Source: Tubulanus polymorphus
Taxonomy: Eukaryota; Animalia; Nemertea
Assembly: GCF_964204645.1 (NCBI RefSeq)
Contig: NC_134028.1
Span: forward strand, 11,889,263 to 11,953,262
DNA length: 64,000 bases
Reading direction: 5' to 3'
Below, one piece after another: positions 33,461 through 46,904 of the stretch. Numbering within the stretch: position 1 is the first letter of the stretch; every line of letters starts with the position of its first letter. A program made the position numbers and the translations under genes. The notes below the pieces were generated by a model, which saw only the letters and a list, made by a program, of their open reading frames with translations, was not told the DNA's origin and searched no databases.

Positions 33461-33682
33461 ATGAGTGATAATAAGTGGATAATAACTGGTTTATATAATG
33501 GAGCATTGCTATCAGTGGGAACTGTTGGTTATTCAATGGTATTGAAAAAAGTATTCAAAATGGGAAGTGTTAATGTTGATAGATTTGATATAAATGATAT
33601 CTTAAAATTAACATTAGCAGTAACTTTATCTAATTTAACTATTGATTATTTAGAAAAACAAAAATATATTCCTCCCATATAA
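33461..33682 (+). CDS. 73-aa small hydrophobic protein (copy 2)
   Basis: Identical protein to 16473-16694. Confidence 0.8.
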   Translation: MSDNKWIITGLYNGALLSVGTVGYSMVLKKVFKMGSVNVDRFDINDILKLTLAVTLSNLTIDYLEKQKYIPPI

Positions 33683-33706
33683 ATGCATATTTTTTTTGCT
33701 AAATAA

Positions 33707-36376
33707 ATGGCTTCTGCAATTATAACTATTATAGGATCGGCAATTGTTAACGCTTTAGCATTTACTGGTGGTGGATATTTCTTTAAGCATATTGATAAAA
33801 ATGGATCATTATCATAACAAAAAAGACAATTTGGCCTTAGAAAAATATAATAAAGCTGCAGAAGAATATAGAGAAAAGAGACAAAATTATATGGATTACA
33901 TCCATAAAGAATCATATGATCTGAAAATTTCTCATAGAGATTTTCAATCAGTCGATGATGCAATGAGTTTATATAACACAGTAACAAATAAAAAAAATTA
34001 CATCTATATAAACCTAAATTATCAGATAATTATACACCAAGTAAAGAACAACAAAAATATGAAATAATATGGATTTTAGGTGGAACAGTTATTGTTATAT
34101 TTGTAGCATATAAATTTACTAATTAATTATATATTACTTTTTGCTAAATAAATGGATGATAAAATTGATGGTGTTAATATTATTCCTCATGATATAAATA
34201 AAACTAAATTAAAAATATATTTGGAAAAACAAATATTATAATTTGAAAGGGACTTAAAGATAAAAAAGAAAAAATATTTAAAAACTAAAATTATATATTA
34301 TTTGATTATGAGTGGTTCGGTTACAATTAGTTCTGTAATAACATTTCTAGCAATATTCAGTCCATTAACACCTTTAACTATATCAATTGGCGTGTTAGGA
34401 TTAAGTTCAAGTGTATTAACCGGCATAAGTTCGAAATTAAATATAAAAAGTAATAAAGAAAAAATAAAATCTTATATAAAAGAAATTAATAAATTAAAAG
34501 ATACATTAGATTATATAATAAGTTTAAATGGTAATATAACAGTTGAAGAACAGGATAAATTATTAAAAGAATTAATAAATTATTAATTTTTTTATTATAT
34601 AAATTGGGTTTCCAAAAGCTTTCCAATATAATAAATCAATTGAATATAATATTCCTGCAATAGATTTTAATAAATATATTACATATAAAAATTTTGTTTT
34701 AAATTCATTAATTTATCTAGAAATTTATGTTACTGAAACACAGTTTTTTATTTCTAAAATGGAAAATATATCTAATACATATGAAGTTACTTTTACTCGA
34801 GATGAATATCATATATATAAAGTAAAATCTAATATGAAATATTGGCAGAATCAATTAAATTTTGCTGTTTATTGTGCAACAACTGGCTGTGGTATAAGTT
34901 GGAATAATCATTTAAATAACTTAGATAAAAATTTGAATTATTCTGATTTAAAATTCATCCATACAATATTTAGATTTCACACATATTTTCAAATCAGAAC
35001 TATATAAAATGAATTAGAATGTCCTTTGCCCGGATCTTAATATTTTAAAGAATTGGATAATAATATTAATCTATCTAAGTTTTATAAAATATGTAATGAA
35101 TTTAATATAAATATTAATTCCGATTTTAGAGCGCATGGTAAATCGCAAGGTATTGGTGAACAGTATGAAATAAAAAGAATTGATTATATGCATAGAATTG
35201 GAGCTTATCATAATTAGAAAGATTGATAATAATAATGGTTGGATTAATTTCATTTTAGAAAAAAGTGAAGGTTCACTAAATCAGGTATACAAAGAATAAA
35301 TCAATCTATTAGAACTTATTTAATTTGTATTCTAGGTGCACAGGTTGAAACAAGATCACCAATAGTTGGAAATGATAATACTTCATTTGATACACAAAAA
35401 CAATTCAAAGTATTATTTAAAGATTCCATTCATAATGATAAAAATAGATCGATTCCAGAAAATATAGTTAGGTACCAAAATTATTTAGATAAATCACATA
35501 TTAGATTAAATTATTGTATTGGTCCCAATTTATAAATCATTTCTAATGATTTAGTTTTAAAAATGGGAAATATAATTGGTTATAATAATCTAATTAAAAC
35601 TGCAACAATAAATAATTCATTTGGATTAAATGATATAAATAAAAAGATTTTTACTGCTCCAAAATTAATGGAAGGTGAAAAAAATAAAAAACATATTCAA
35701 TCAACAGAAACTAAAATTGAGAATATTAAATTGGATTATGATTCTAAAATACATCAGAAACTATAAAAACTGATATTATTCAACATGAAATAATTAAAAC
35801 TAATAATGATAATAAATCACATGAAAATACCAAATTAGCTATAACTTGTATAGGAATTGTAATAGGAGGAATATTATATTTTTAATTTCAATTTTTATAA
35901 GATATAAATGGATGTAGAAGGTGGAGAAGCTTATGAAATGGGAGAAATGGGAGAAATGGGAAATAATAATGATGGGTATATTGATGATGCTGAAACTAAT
36001 ATAGTTAATGATAATGAAACAGCATATAGTTCTAATTTAGCAGATAGCAAAATATCCATGGGAACTATCTAAAAAATCTGCTGCAGCATTACCCGGAGTT
36101 ATAGCAACAATTGTTGGTTTTGTTTTAAAATCTGCCGGGAATATTATTAACTTTGCTGCTGAACATATTATTTTATTTTTAATTACAGTTGTAAGTGAAA
36201 TTATTTTTGGATTAGTGAATATGATCAAAAATAAATAATCAATTTTTTCTCTTAAATAAATGAGTTGGAGTTACATAAATCTTTCTAAGAATTCTAGAAT
36301 ATCTAATGCAATTAAAGCAGAAAGATATCATCATATAATTACACATAATCCTTCTAATATTAATCCCGTTGAAACT
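33707..36376 (+). pseudogene. Degraded 140-aa, 144-aa, 462-aa, coiled-coil and 5' MCP genes (copy 2)
   Basis: Collinear with 12600-16448 of copy 1, with stops, frameshifts and a large internal deletion near 36040. Confidence 0.85.
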
Positions 36377-36477
36377 AGAAATAAGAAATCATAATGGATA
36401 TTTCATTGATTTGAATAACTTTCCTGTGATATATGAATTAGTTATAAGATGTAGAGAGTAGTTTTTTCATTATATAA

Positions 36478-36831
36478 ATGAATATAACTGTTGGACCGAG
36501 TATATGTTTTGGATTTGATTTTAAACGTGAGAAAGAAATGAAATTTAACATCAATGATGTAATTACACAAATCAAAAATATTGCATTTTCTAATGAAACA
36601 ACATTTAAGTATGAAAAAACAATAGATAAAGAAACTTTTAATGTAGAAAAGATTATTAATTTAATTAGAGAATCTTTAAGATTTTATGAATTAGATGAAG
36701 ATTTTATCATCGATGATATTAAAAAAATAATAATTGAAATATATACAAATGAAACTAGTAATGAAATAAATGTTGAAATAATCATCACTAAGATAACTAA
36801 ATATTTTGAAGATAGTAATTTTTTTGATTAA
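36478..36831 (+). CDS. 117-aa homologue of the 112-aa gene
   Basis: MNITVGPSICFGFDFK...DSNFFD with a divergent middle. Confidence 0.75.
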   Translation: MNITVGPSICFGFDFKREKEMKFNINDVITQIKNIAFSNETTFKYEKTIDKETFNVEKIINLIRESLRFYELDEDFIIDDIKKIIIEIYTNETSNEINVEIIITKITKYFEDSNFFD

Positions 36832-37383
36832 TAAATGAGTGATAATAAGTGGATAATAACTGGATTATATAATGGCGCATTACTATCAGTTGGAACTGTT
36901 GGTTATTCAATGGTATTAAAAAAAGTATTCAAAATGGGAAGTGTTAATGTTGATAGATTTGATATAAATGATATCTTAAAATTAACCTTAGCAGTTACTT
37001 TATCTAATTTAATCTAAAGTGACTTAAAGATAAAAAAGAAAAAATATTTAAAAAGTAAAATTATTTATATATTATATATTATTTGATTATAAGTGGTTCG
37101 GTTACAATTAGTTCTGTAATAACATTTCTAGCAATATTCAGTCCATTAACACCTTTAGCTATATAAATTGGTGTATTAGGATTAAGTTCAAGTGTATTAA
37201 CTGGTATAAGTTCAAAATTAAATATAAAAAGTAATAAAGAAAAAATTAAAACTAATATAAAAGAAATTGATAAATTAAAGAATACACTAGATTATATAAT
37301 AAGTTTAAATGGTCATATAACAGTTGAAGAACAAGATAAATTATTAAAAGAATTAATAAATTATTAATTTTTTTATTATATAA

Positions 37384-38772
37384 ATGGAAGATAGTTTTCC
37401 AAAAGCTTTCCAATATAATAAATCAATTAAATATAATATTCCAGTAATAGATTTTAATAAAGATATTACATATAGAAATGAAGTTTTAGATTCATTAACT
37501 AATTTGGAAATTTATGTTACTGAAACTAATAATTTTAATGCAAAGATGGAAAATATATTTCATGTATATTTAATTGATTTAAAAAAATTGAAAGATGAAA
37601 AACAATGGTTATTAAAATCTAATATGAAGTATTGGCAGAACCAATTAAATTTTGCTGTTTATTGTGCAACAACAGGATGTGGAATTAGTTGGAATGATCA
37701 TTTGAATAATTCTAAATATAAATTAATTCAAAGTTTATTTAGATTTCATACATACTTTCAAATCAGAATAATATTAAATGAATTAGAGTGCGCTTTACCA
37801 GGATCTAGGTATTTTAAAGAATTAGATAATAATATTAATTTATCAAAGTTTTATAAAATTTGTAATGAATTTAATATAGATATAAATAATTCTGATTTTA
37901 GAATAAAAATTGGAACAATAAGATCACTTCCTTGCCCTAAAAAGATTGCAGAATATTGTGCACTTCCCATACCATCTAATAGTTTTTATAATATCTATAG
38001 TAATAAATTAGGTTATGGTAAAATAGAAACTAAGGATTTAGAAACATTAAATTTCAATAAATTACCGACATTTTATGATAATTTAAAACAAGAAAACAAT
38101 AATGGTTGGGTTTATTTCATTTTAGAAAATAATGAAGGTTTTACAAAATCAGGTATACAAAGAATAAATCAATCTATTAGAACTTATTTGATATGTATTT
38201 TAGGTGCGCAAGTTGAAACAAGATCCCCAATAATTGGAAATTTAAATACATCATTTGATACACAGAAACAATTCAAAGTATTATTTGAAGATTCAATTCA
38301 TAATGATAAAAACAGATCGATTCCAGAAAACATTGTAAGATATCAAAATTATTTAGATAAATCACATATTAGATTAAATTATTGTATAGGCCCTAATCTA
38401 TTAATTATTTCTAATGATTTAGTATTAAAGATGGGAAATATAATTGGTTATAATAATTTAATTAAGACTGCAACAATAAATAATTCATTTGGATTGAATG
38501 ATATAAATAAAAAGATTATTACTGCTCCAAAATTAATGGAAGGCGAAAAAAATAAAAAACACATTCAATCAACAGAAACTAAAACTAAGAATATTAAATT
38601 GCATAATGATTCCAAAATAAAAGATTACAATACTACAGAAAATATTAAAACTGATAATATTCAACATGATATAATTAAAACTGATAATGATAATAAATTA
38701 CATGAAAATACTAAATTAGCTTTAACTTGTATAGGAATTGTTATAGGAGGAATATTATATTTTAAATTTTAA
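37384..38772 (+). CDS. 462-aa C-terminally anchored protein (copy 3, intact)
   Basis: Full-length paralogue of 14167-15555. Confidence 0.85.
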   Translation: MEDSFPKAFQYNKSIKYNIPVIDFNKDITYRNEVLDSLTNLEIYVTETNNFNAKMENIFHVYLIDLKKLKDEKQWLLKSNMKYWQNQLNFAVYCATTGCGISWNDHLNNSKYKLIQSLFRFHTYFQIRIILNELECALPGSRYFKELDNNINLSKFYKICNEFNIDINNSDFRIKIGTIRSLPCPKKIAEYCALPIPSNSFYNIYSNKLGYGKIETKDLETLNFNKLPTFYDNLKQENNNGWVYFILENNEGFTKSGIQRINQSIRTYLICILGAQVETRSPIIGNLNTSFDTQKQFKVLFEDSIHNDKNRSIPENIVRYQNYLDKSHIRLNYCIGPNLLIISNDLVLKMGNIIGYNNLIKTATINNSFGLNDINKKIITAPKLMEGEKNKKHIQSTETKTKNIKLHNDSKIKDYNTTENIKTDNIQHDIIKTDNDNKLHENTKLALTCIGIVIGGILYFKF

Positions 38773-38788
38773 TTTTTTTATTATATAA

Positions 38789-40245
38789 ATGGATGTAGAA
38801 GGTGGAGAAGATATTGGAATGGATCCTTTTGATGAACCTGGTATAACTGATGAACAACAACCTGATTTTAGTGAAACAAGTTTTAATGATGGTAATGAGC
38901 CAGAATATAATAATAATTTAAATATGCCTGATTATATTAAAAATGCAGAATCACAATTAAATCCTGAAAATTTAGACCCAGATTTAGTAAAACAAGATTT
39001 AGATAATTTAAACAAAATACCTAAATTAGAAGATTTAATTGAAAAATCTAAACTTAACATAAATGATGAAGACGTTGCACTTTTAGCAGATCAATTAAAA
39101 TTTTTAGATAATGGTAAATGTTATTATCGTTTGAAAGGTGATTATTATATTGATATCACTTATAAAAATAATAAAAATAAAATATTAGCAGAATCAACTT
39201 TAAAAAATTAGAACCAGATAAAATTAAAATAATAAGTAATAGTAATGAAATAACTGATGTTACGCAAAAAGAAATAGATGATAATATAGACGTATTTAAA
39301 CAAAGAATTAATGAATTATTTGAAATAATCAAAAAGAAATCAAAAACAGAAACAACTTCTGAACAGAATATAACTTCCAAAACTAGTAAACTTAAATCAA
39401 ATAAAGTTCTAATTGAAAAACTTTTACCGAATGGATTACTTGATGCAACAGATCAACAATTAGAAGATTTAAATATATTTTCTGATGAAGCAATTAGAGA
39501 AATTATTAGTATAAGAAATGAAGCTGATAAAATTGCACATAATAAAAGTATAAGAGATCAAAAAATTATGTATTTGGAAAAAGAATTAACTAATGCAAAT
39601 AAAGAAATAGAACAAATAAAGTCTGATTTAGATCATCAAGTAATTGATGAAATAGAATATAGGCAAAAAGAATTACGTTTAGAAAAAGAAATTAATAATT
39701 TAAAAGATAATTTAGAAGTACAGAAAGAAGAAATTAAATTATTATTAAAATCATATGATTATAATATTAATAGATTAAAAGTTATTTTTAAAGATTTGTT
39801 GATGAAACCAAATTCTGAAATATCATTAAAAGATAGAATAAAGTTATTATTAAAATTAGAAGGAATAACAATTCTTTCAATTCTAACAGCTGTAACTATG
39901 TTATTTACAACAATCGGTTTAGCAATATCAAATGCTTTAAAATCTACTCCTACTCCAAATAAACCGGATAAACCCCCAGGTAATAATTCTATACAAGATA
40001 AAGTTAAAGATGGTTTAAAGAAATTAGCAAAATATTTATGGGAACTATCTAAAAAATCTGCTGCAGCTTTACCAGGAATTATTGCATCAATTGTTGGTTT
40101 TATATTGAAATCTGCAGGTAATATTCTTAACTTTGCTGCTGAACATATTATTTTATTTTCAATTACAGTTGTAAGTGCTATTATTTTTGGGTTAGTGAAT
40201 ATGATATCAAAAAGATATCAAGAAAAAATAATAGAAAATAAATAA
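38789..40245 (+). pseudogene. Frameshifted coiled-coil/TM gene (copy 3)
   Basis: ORFs 38789-39211 and 39568-40245 match 12713-14149. Confidence 0.85.
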
Positions 40246-40265
40246 TTAATTTATTTGTTAAATAA

Positions 40266-41504
40266 ATGAGTGGGAGTTATATAAGTCCTTCTAAAATTTC
40301 TAGAATATCTAATGCTATTAAAGCAGAAAGATCACATCATATAATTACACATAATCCTTCAAATATTAATCCCGATGAAACTTTATATGTTAGAATTCCT
40401 AGATTAACACAAAATACTTTTTATGTTCCAAATAGTATTTATTTATCAGCTGATATAAAAGTAACTGGTCATGATAATAATTATGTTGTTGATAATGTTG
40501 GGAGATATTTGATTAAAAAATTAACTATAAAGATTGGTCCAGAAACAGTTTTCTCATTAGATGATTATGATTTATTTATGCATTATAAAGATTTATGGTT
40601 AACTAAAGAAAATAGAAATAATATGATATTTCAAGGCATCCAATCAGAAAACCATAATAAATTAAGATCAGGAGCTAATGACGCAATAGTAACTCGTGCC
40701 ACAGATAATTTGATAAAAAAGATTTATGGAAGCAAATATAAAATTCCTTTAGACTTTGAATTGATAAATAATAATGCACCTTTATATAAATACGCAATTC
40801 ATGAAGATATTATATTTGAGATAACATTTGCTCCTGTAAATGAAATTGTATTATCTAGCGTTGTTAAAGATATGGGTTATAAATTATCGAATATATGTTT
40901 AGAATATAACACAGTAACTAATGAAAATATTGCTAGCACAATTCAAACTCAATACAATCAAGGATTTTCATTATTATATGATTATATTGATAAATTTAAA
41001 ACTGTAACTATTAATGCAAATGATGAAATAATTAATGAGAATATTAACTTCCCAAGAAGATCTATTAAAGGTATATTAATATTTTTTACCATTGCAACAT
41101 ATACTGATGGCGCAATAAAGGTAGATAATTATTATAATCCTGAAATAACAAAAGTAGAAATAACTAATAGCAAATAAAATATTTTGTCAAGGAATGAGAA
41201 TGATTGATCAATGGCCAGAAATTAGAAAACATTTTATGAATGAAAAAGTAAAATCATTTGAAAATTGTAATATTAATCAAATTGATTATTATACCGGCAA
41301 TAAATATGCATTATGGTTAGATTTTAGAACAACAGAGGATAATTCATTACATGGTTCTGGAAAAAAACTACAGAACACTAAAGATGGAATACAATTATTC
41401 ATGACAAAGAAAAAAGGAAGCCTAAATTTTAAAATGCACATTTATATTATATCTGATGCACAATTAAATATTGTTAATTCTCAATTAGATAGTATTTAAT
41501 ATTA
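40266..41504 (+). pseudogene. Frameshifted MCP (copy 3)
   Basis: A small deletion near 41165 splits the ORF. Confidence 0.85.
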
Positions 41505-41535
41505 GAAATATAAAGTTAAAATTAACGATATATAA

Positions 41536-42580
41536 ATGGGAGGTAAAAAAACTCCTAATACTAAAGAACAATATTTAAGAAATTTATATTACAACCCTGA
41601 GAGTTCGGTTGCTTATTCTTCTACCAAAAATATATGGCGTCAAGTAAAACAAGATAAATTAGATAAGATAATCCCACAAAATTTAGTTAAATATAAAGAT
41701 ATAAATGAATTTATGTTAGAACAACCAACATACACAACACATAAAAAAATTGTTAGAAAATATAAAACTCGTAAAACTATGGTAAGTTATGTAGATCAAC
41801 AGTGGCAAGGGGATTTAATTGATATGAAAAATGTTAAGAAAGATAATGATGATTATTGGTGGTTATTGAATATAATTGATATTTTTAGTCGTTATGTATG
41901 GAGTTTCCCACTTTATAGAAAAGATGCTGTACAAACATCAAATGTTTTAAGAAAATTTCTTTCGGATGATAAACTAAAACCAGAAAAAATACAATTTGTT
42001 GATGGAAAAGAGTTTGATAATTCACTTGTTCATGAACTCTTAGATAATCATAATATTAAATATACTAAATAATACTTTTAAATGGATTGATGTTTTACCA
42101 AAATTGATAGAAGGATATAATAATTCTTATCATTCTTCTATTGGAATGAAACCTATTGATGCTAGAAAACCTGAAAATGCTGAAATTGTTTGGAATAATT
42201 TATATGGAGCATTTCTTGTAGATGATTGTGGTGAACCTAAATTTAAAGTTGGTCAAAATGTTAGAATTTCTAAGTATAAAAAGATATTTGATAAAGGATA
42301 CGATCGAAATTTTACTAGAGAAATATATAAAATAAAAAAGGTAATAACAACAAAACCATATATCTATAAATTAGAAGATTTAGATAGTGAAGAAGTTGAT
42401 GGCTACTTTTACGAAGAAGAATTGAGTTTAACTACTGAAAATCTAGAACAAGAATATAAAATTGAAAAAGTATTAAAAACAAAAACTGTTAAAAGAAAAA
42501 AATATTCTTTAGTAAAATGGGTTGGATGGCCAGATAAATTCAATGAATGGATATTATCAAGTAAAATTAAAAATATATAA
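41536..42580 (+). pseudogene. Integrase pseudogene (copy 3)
   Basis: A deletion near 42060 removes the segment containing the catalytic E (VVERFNRT). Confidence 0.9.
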
Positions 42581-43194
42581 ATGAATAAGGAATTATTCAT
42601 ATTTGAGCCTCATAATATGTTAATTTCTGGTGTAACAAATGTGGAAAAACTTATTTTATATTAAATTTAGTATTAGAAACTGTTTATGAAAACTATTTTG
42701 ATAATATAGTATTATTTTGTCCAACATATGAATTTAATCAAACTTATGGTAGAAATATTACTAGAAATAATAAATTTATTATATTAGATCCTAAAACAGT
42801 AAAAGAAAATTTAGATAATTGTATAAAAATAGCAATTGATATTTATAAAGGATCAAATACATTATTTATCATAGATGATTGCGCAAATTTACATGATTCA
42901 AAAGTTAGAGAAAGTGAGTTATGTTATCCAGCTTTCTCTGGGAGACATTTTGGGATAACAACTTGGGTTTTAAAAAATCAAAAATATAATTCAATTGTTA
43001 AAGACTTTAGAGAAAACATTAGATTTCTAGTTTTATTCTACAATTAAGATAGAAAATCGATGAAAAATGCACTTGAGGAAAATGATATTATTCCACATGA
43101 TTTACATAATGAATATATGGATAAGTTGAAAAATATTAAAAGATCAAAATTACTATTTAGATTACAACACCCATTTAAATATGAATTTATTTAA
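42581..43194 (+). pseudogene. Packaging ATPase pseudogene (copy 3)
   Basis: Frameshifted homologue of 9674-10282. Confidence 0.88.
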
Positions 43195-43381
43195 ATTCAA
43201 CTAGCTTGTTAATCTAGTTGAATTCTAGTTACATTCTAGTTGAATTCTAGTTATTGGTAGTTGTAACAAAAATCAACTAGATTTAACAATATTTTAACTA
43301 GCTTGTTAATCTAGTTTAGTTCTAGTTACATTCTAGTTGAATTCTAGTTGCAACATCACAACTAATTTTTTTGTTATATAA

Positions 43382-44000
43382 ATGGTAGGTGAAAAGAAAA
43401 TAAAATCTAAAAATGGTGATGTTCCAATTGAAAAAACTTTAGATGATTTAGGAATAACAGAAAACAAATTAATTCCAGATGATGGTGCTTTAAATAATGT
43501 TACAACAAATAATAATTATGAATATTATCTTTATTGTAAACATCAATTAGAAATATTAATAGCATCTGGAAAATGTAAAAATTTTGTCGGTAAAAATTTA
43601 ACTTATAATGAATTAGATACATTACAATGAAATCAGATGAAATTATTAGATTATTTAAGATTTATGAAGCCGCGAGAACAGCTAGAATTAATGACGCGAT
43701 ATCAGAAAATGTAGTAAAAGGTTATAGTAAATTATGTAATTATAATTATATACTACCAATTGAAGATGAAAATAGATTATATTCCGATTTAAAAAATGAC
43801 TATTTAGTTATGACTGAATTAAATAAATGGATTGGATATTTATCATTTCAATTAGGCGGATTTATGACATTATTATCAACTGGGGTTATAACATTTTCAA
43901 ATATTGAAAGTAAAAATATTTCTATAATAAATGAGCGAGGTGGAAGAAGTGAAGGAATTAACTGTGAAGAAAAAACCGAGATCACAGAAACAAATTTTTT
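43382..44000 (+). pseudogene. Frameshifted 201-aa gene (copy 3)
   Basis: ORFs 43382-43630 and 43627-44028. Confidence 0.85.
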
Positions 44001-44155
44001 ATTTCAAATTGTTTTTTTGCTGGTTTAAATCTGTTATTTATTGTTGCTAAGAATGCTTTTCTATCTCCCATTTATTAGGGAAAAAAATTACTTGTGGTGA
44101 TGAGTGGTGTCTCGACCTTCGACCTCTGATCTGAAAGCCTACTTTTCCAATTACT

Positions 44156-44313
44156 ATTCTAGATGGTGCTTACATGTTAAATAGTATTAAAAATCAATAT
44201 TATTATCAACTTGAGCACAATTAGAAACAACTTTATCTTTATTATCTGTAATACCTAAATCCTCAATTGTCTTTTCATTATCAATACTATTCTTAAAAGA
44301 TTTCTTTGACATT
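44156..44313 (-). pseudogene. Divergent fragment of a 201-aa gene homologue
   Basis: The minus strand reads MSKKSF...EKTIEDLGITD...CKHHLEI, versus EKTLDDLGITE...CKHQLEI in copy 1. Confidence 0.55.
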
Positions 44314-45696
44314 TATATTAGAGAAAAAGCAAAAAGAAATATTATCAGTATTCTTAAAATGATACTAATAAATCTTTAGGTTTATACTTGTGTCTCTTTG
44401 GGTTAATACTAGCTATTTGAAGTTATTGTTTTTTAGTATTTTTTATTTGTGATATAAAGTATTCTCTTTTTGAAAAGAAATGCAAAAGAAAATATTAAAA
44501 ATATAATAGAATTCACTATCTATTTGAAGATATGTAATTTTTATTTAAATCTTATCAAAATCTATTCAATCTAGTGTCAATTAGAATTGCCAAAAGAAAA
44601 TATTAAAAATATAATAGAATTCACTGGCTAGTTGAACTTATTGTTTTTTAAAATACTTTTTATTTAAATTAGGATTCAATATCTCACTACTATTGTCTAT
44701 CTATTAGGAGCAATTAAATTGTCGAGATAAGTCATTTCGGATCCTCGATAGTAAATCCTCAACTGAAAATCAATTCAACGAAACGCCTGGTGGAATTACT
44801 ATTTCATAAACACATATATTTATTATGCAAATTTTAGCGATCGAAGATAGAACAATGAAAAGCGATCCTAGAAGACCGCTTTTGCTTCTGCGCATGCGCC
44901 AATTATATAATTTATTCTGTAAACTACAACATTCAAACATAGAACAGTAACCAATCAATACTGAACAGCCGTCACCATTAATAACGACCGAACGACTAAT
45001 GTATGCGCAACTGCAATTCCGGCATATATAATACAGCATGATGAAACAGCTTCAGTCTCTTGTGATGAAATATCCATAATTTCTGATTCAGAATCCATCC
45101 ATCTTCACCTTCTTGATTCAATGGTCTTCATTTTGTTATCTAAAAGATATCTAGCGTAGAAAAAAATTAACTTTAAGTTGAACCAGGTTTATGTTAAAAT
45201 TTAACACGAGTCAAAACATAGCTTGTGAGTTTGGGAAGTGGCTTGTATTTCACTTTATTACAGCTCGGAGTATTCCAAAGTCACAGAGCTGTTGTTAAAT
45301 ATATATTAATACAAATAACCCCTTTCGGATGTCTTATACTCACAGCGTTGTTGTGAAAATGAATTACTGTACTTAAATATGTTTAAAGGTTTCCCTACTT
45401 CATAATAACTACAAAAACGGTACTTACATTTAGATTTAGAACTGTAAACTGTGTTTCGAGAGAGAATATTCAATACGTTATGTATATGTGAATGTTGATT
45501 TCTAACTGCCAACGTGGCGCGCGTTCGACCAAGCTGATTATTTCTGTACGTTTGCCTGGATGGTAACAGTTGTTCTTTATGATTAAAGTAATTAATTCTT
45601 TACAATTGAAAACAAGATATATTTGGTGACAGATGTTTTAGTAAACAAGAGCTATGTATTATATACATACAAGGCTCAAATGGAGTTGCCGGTTTT

Positions 45697-46305
45697 CTAA
45701 TCACTGATTAAAACCACAGAATGCGGTTGATTCTGCGAGCTACTATTCCATAATTCAACGAATGTCTTTCCTTTAACCAGTTGATCTAAATATAACTGTA
45801 AATCTAGTTTATTAGATTTAATTATATTTTCCTTCTTTTCTAATGGTCTTAAATTTCTCCAGCTCCAGATTAGCTTCTTATTATAATCATCACTCATGTC
45901 AAATTTAGAAATCGGCAACACGTGATCATGTGGAAGTATTCACCATAATTATCTATATTCATTTTATCGTCGAATTGATATACAATCCATGATTTTAAGA
46001 ATTCATCTGTACAACCCAACAAATTAGATAGCGTGTATGAGTGTTTGTCTTTGTTGAATAAATGTTTTAATCTTGAACTTAAGCATTGCTTCAATTTAAA
46101 ATTAAGATCTGTTTGATATCTTTCTTTTCGATAATTATTACTGTAATCATTATAATGTTCACGATTATTATTTCTCCATTCTCTCATATATTCTGTCATA
46201 TAATCTGGGTGATTTGTAAAATATGTTTTATCATTCTGTTTCCAACATGTTTTACAATTATTTCTTAAACCGTCTTTCTTAGTTTTTTGTGTGTAATATT
46301 CTGTA
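45697..46305 (-). pseudogene. HNH-type endonuclease pseudogene, 5'-truncated by a hairpin-ended element
   Basis: DGLRNNCKTC...YGEYFH-DHVLPISKFD...WRNLRPLEKKEN; inverted paralogue of 46539-47461. Confidence 0.75.
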
Positions 46306-46458
46306 AGTAATAGGGATAATAGGCGTTCATACCAAAGGTCAAACGGTCGAGCTCATAAAAAATGAAAAAATAAGTTCTCGCACGCTCGTATTTATTTTTC
46401 ATTTTTTACTCGCCCGCCCCTTCAACCTTTGATATGAACGCCTATTATCCCTATTACT
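46306..46458. repeat. Hairpin terminus (AGTAAT...ATTACT), third example
   Basis: Arms agtaatagggataataggcgttcata / tatgaacgcctattatccctattact; the inner AAAAATGAAAAA palindrome is conserved. Confidence 0.88.
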
Positions 46459-46663
46459 CTTAAAATATTCATATATATGAATAAAATATAAATGAATAAC
46501 TTCTAAAATCAATTTAGTAACAAATATTTGATATTAAAATGGAATCAGAACAATCTCAAACTATCAATATTACAAATAACACTGGTGTCATAAATATATA
46601 CTACAAGAAATGTTCTAAATGTGAATTAGATAAATTAGCTATAACAGAATTTAGTAAGCGTAA

Positions 46664-46904
46664 TAGAACGATGACCACACTCAAACGTGGTGAACGGATA
46701 ATAAGATAAAATCCCACTATTTACAGATTAAAAGAATTTAAAAACCCGATTTTATTTATTAAATTATTATTTATTTATTCAGGTCACCTGACGATGATCT
46801 CTAGGGTGAGATCGAAACGTCGTGTCTTTTAAATATTTTAGATTTAATAAATAAAATCTGGTTTTTAAATTCTTTTAAACTGTAAATAGTGGGATTTTAT
46901 CTTA
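46664..46904 (+). mobile_element. Penelope-like retroelement remnant (inverted arms around a hammerhead)
   Basis: 13-bp TSD TTAGTAAGCGTAA (46651-46663 and 46905-46917); inverted arms of about 65 bp; central hammerhead core. Confidence 0.75.
46781..46828 (+). ncRNA. Minimal type I hammerhead ribozyme
   Basis: cac-CTGACGA-tgatctc(tagggt)gagatc-GAAAC-GTC-gtg: core boxes, stem II and a short palindromic stem III (ACGT), as in Penelope pLTR hammerheads. Confidence 0.75.

Larger units (their letters stand above)
24716..36376 (+). mobile_element. Degraded Polinton copy 2 (divergent sub-family, hairpin terminus)
   Basis: Gene order: pPolB, 108-aa homologue, penton, 112-aa, 73-aa, 140-aa, 144-aa, 462-aa, partial coiled-coil gene, 5' part of MCP. 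Many stops and frameshifts. Confidence 0.88.
36377..44155 (+). mobile_element. Truncated Polinton copy 3 (close to copy 1), ending in a TIR
   Basis: Penton 3' end through MCP, integrase, ATPase, repeat array, 201-aa gene and 108-aa 5' end, then a TIR at 44066-44155 (...tccaattact). Confidence 0.9.
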
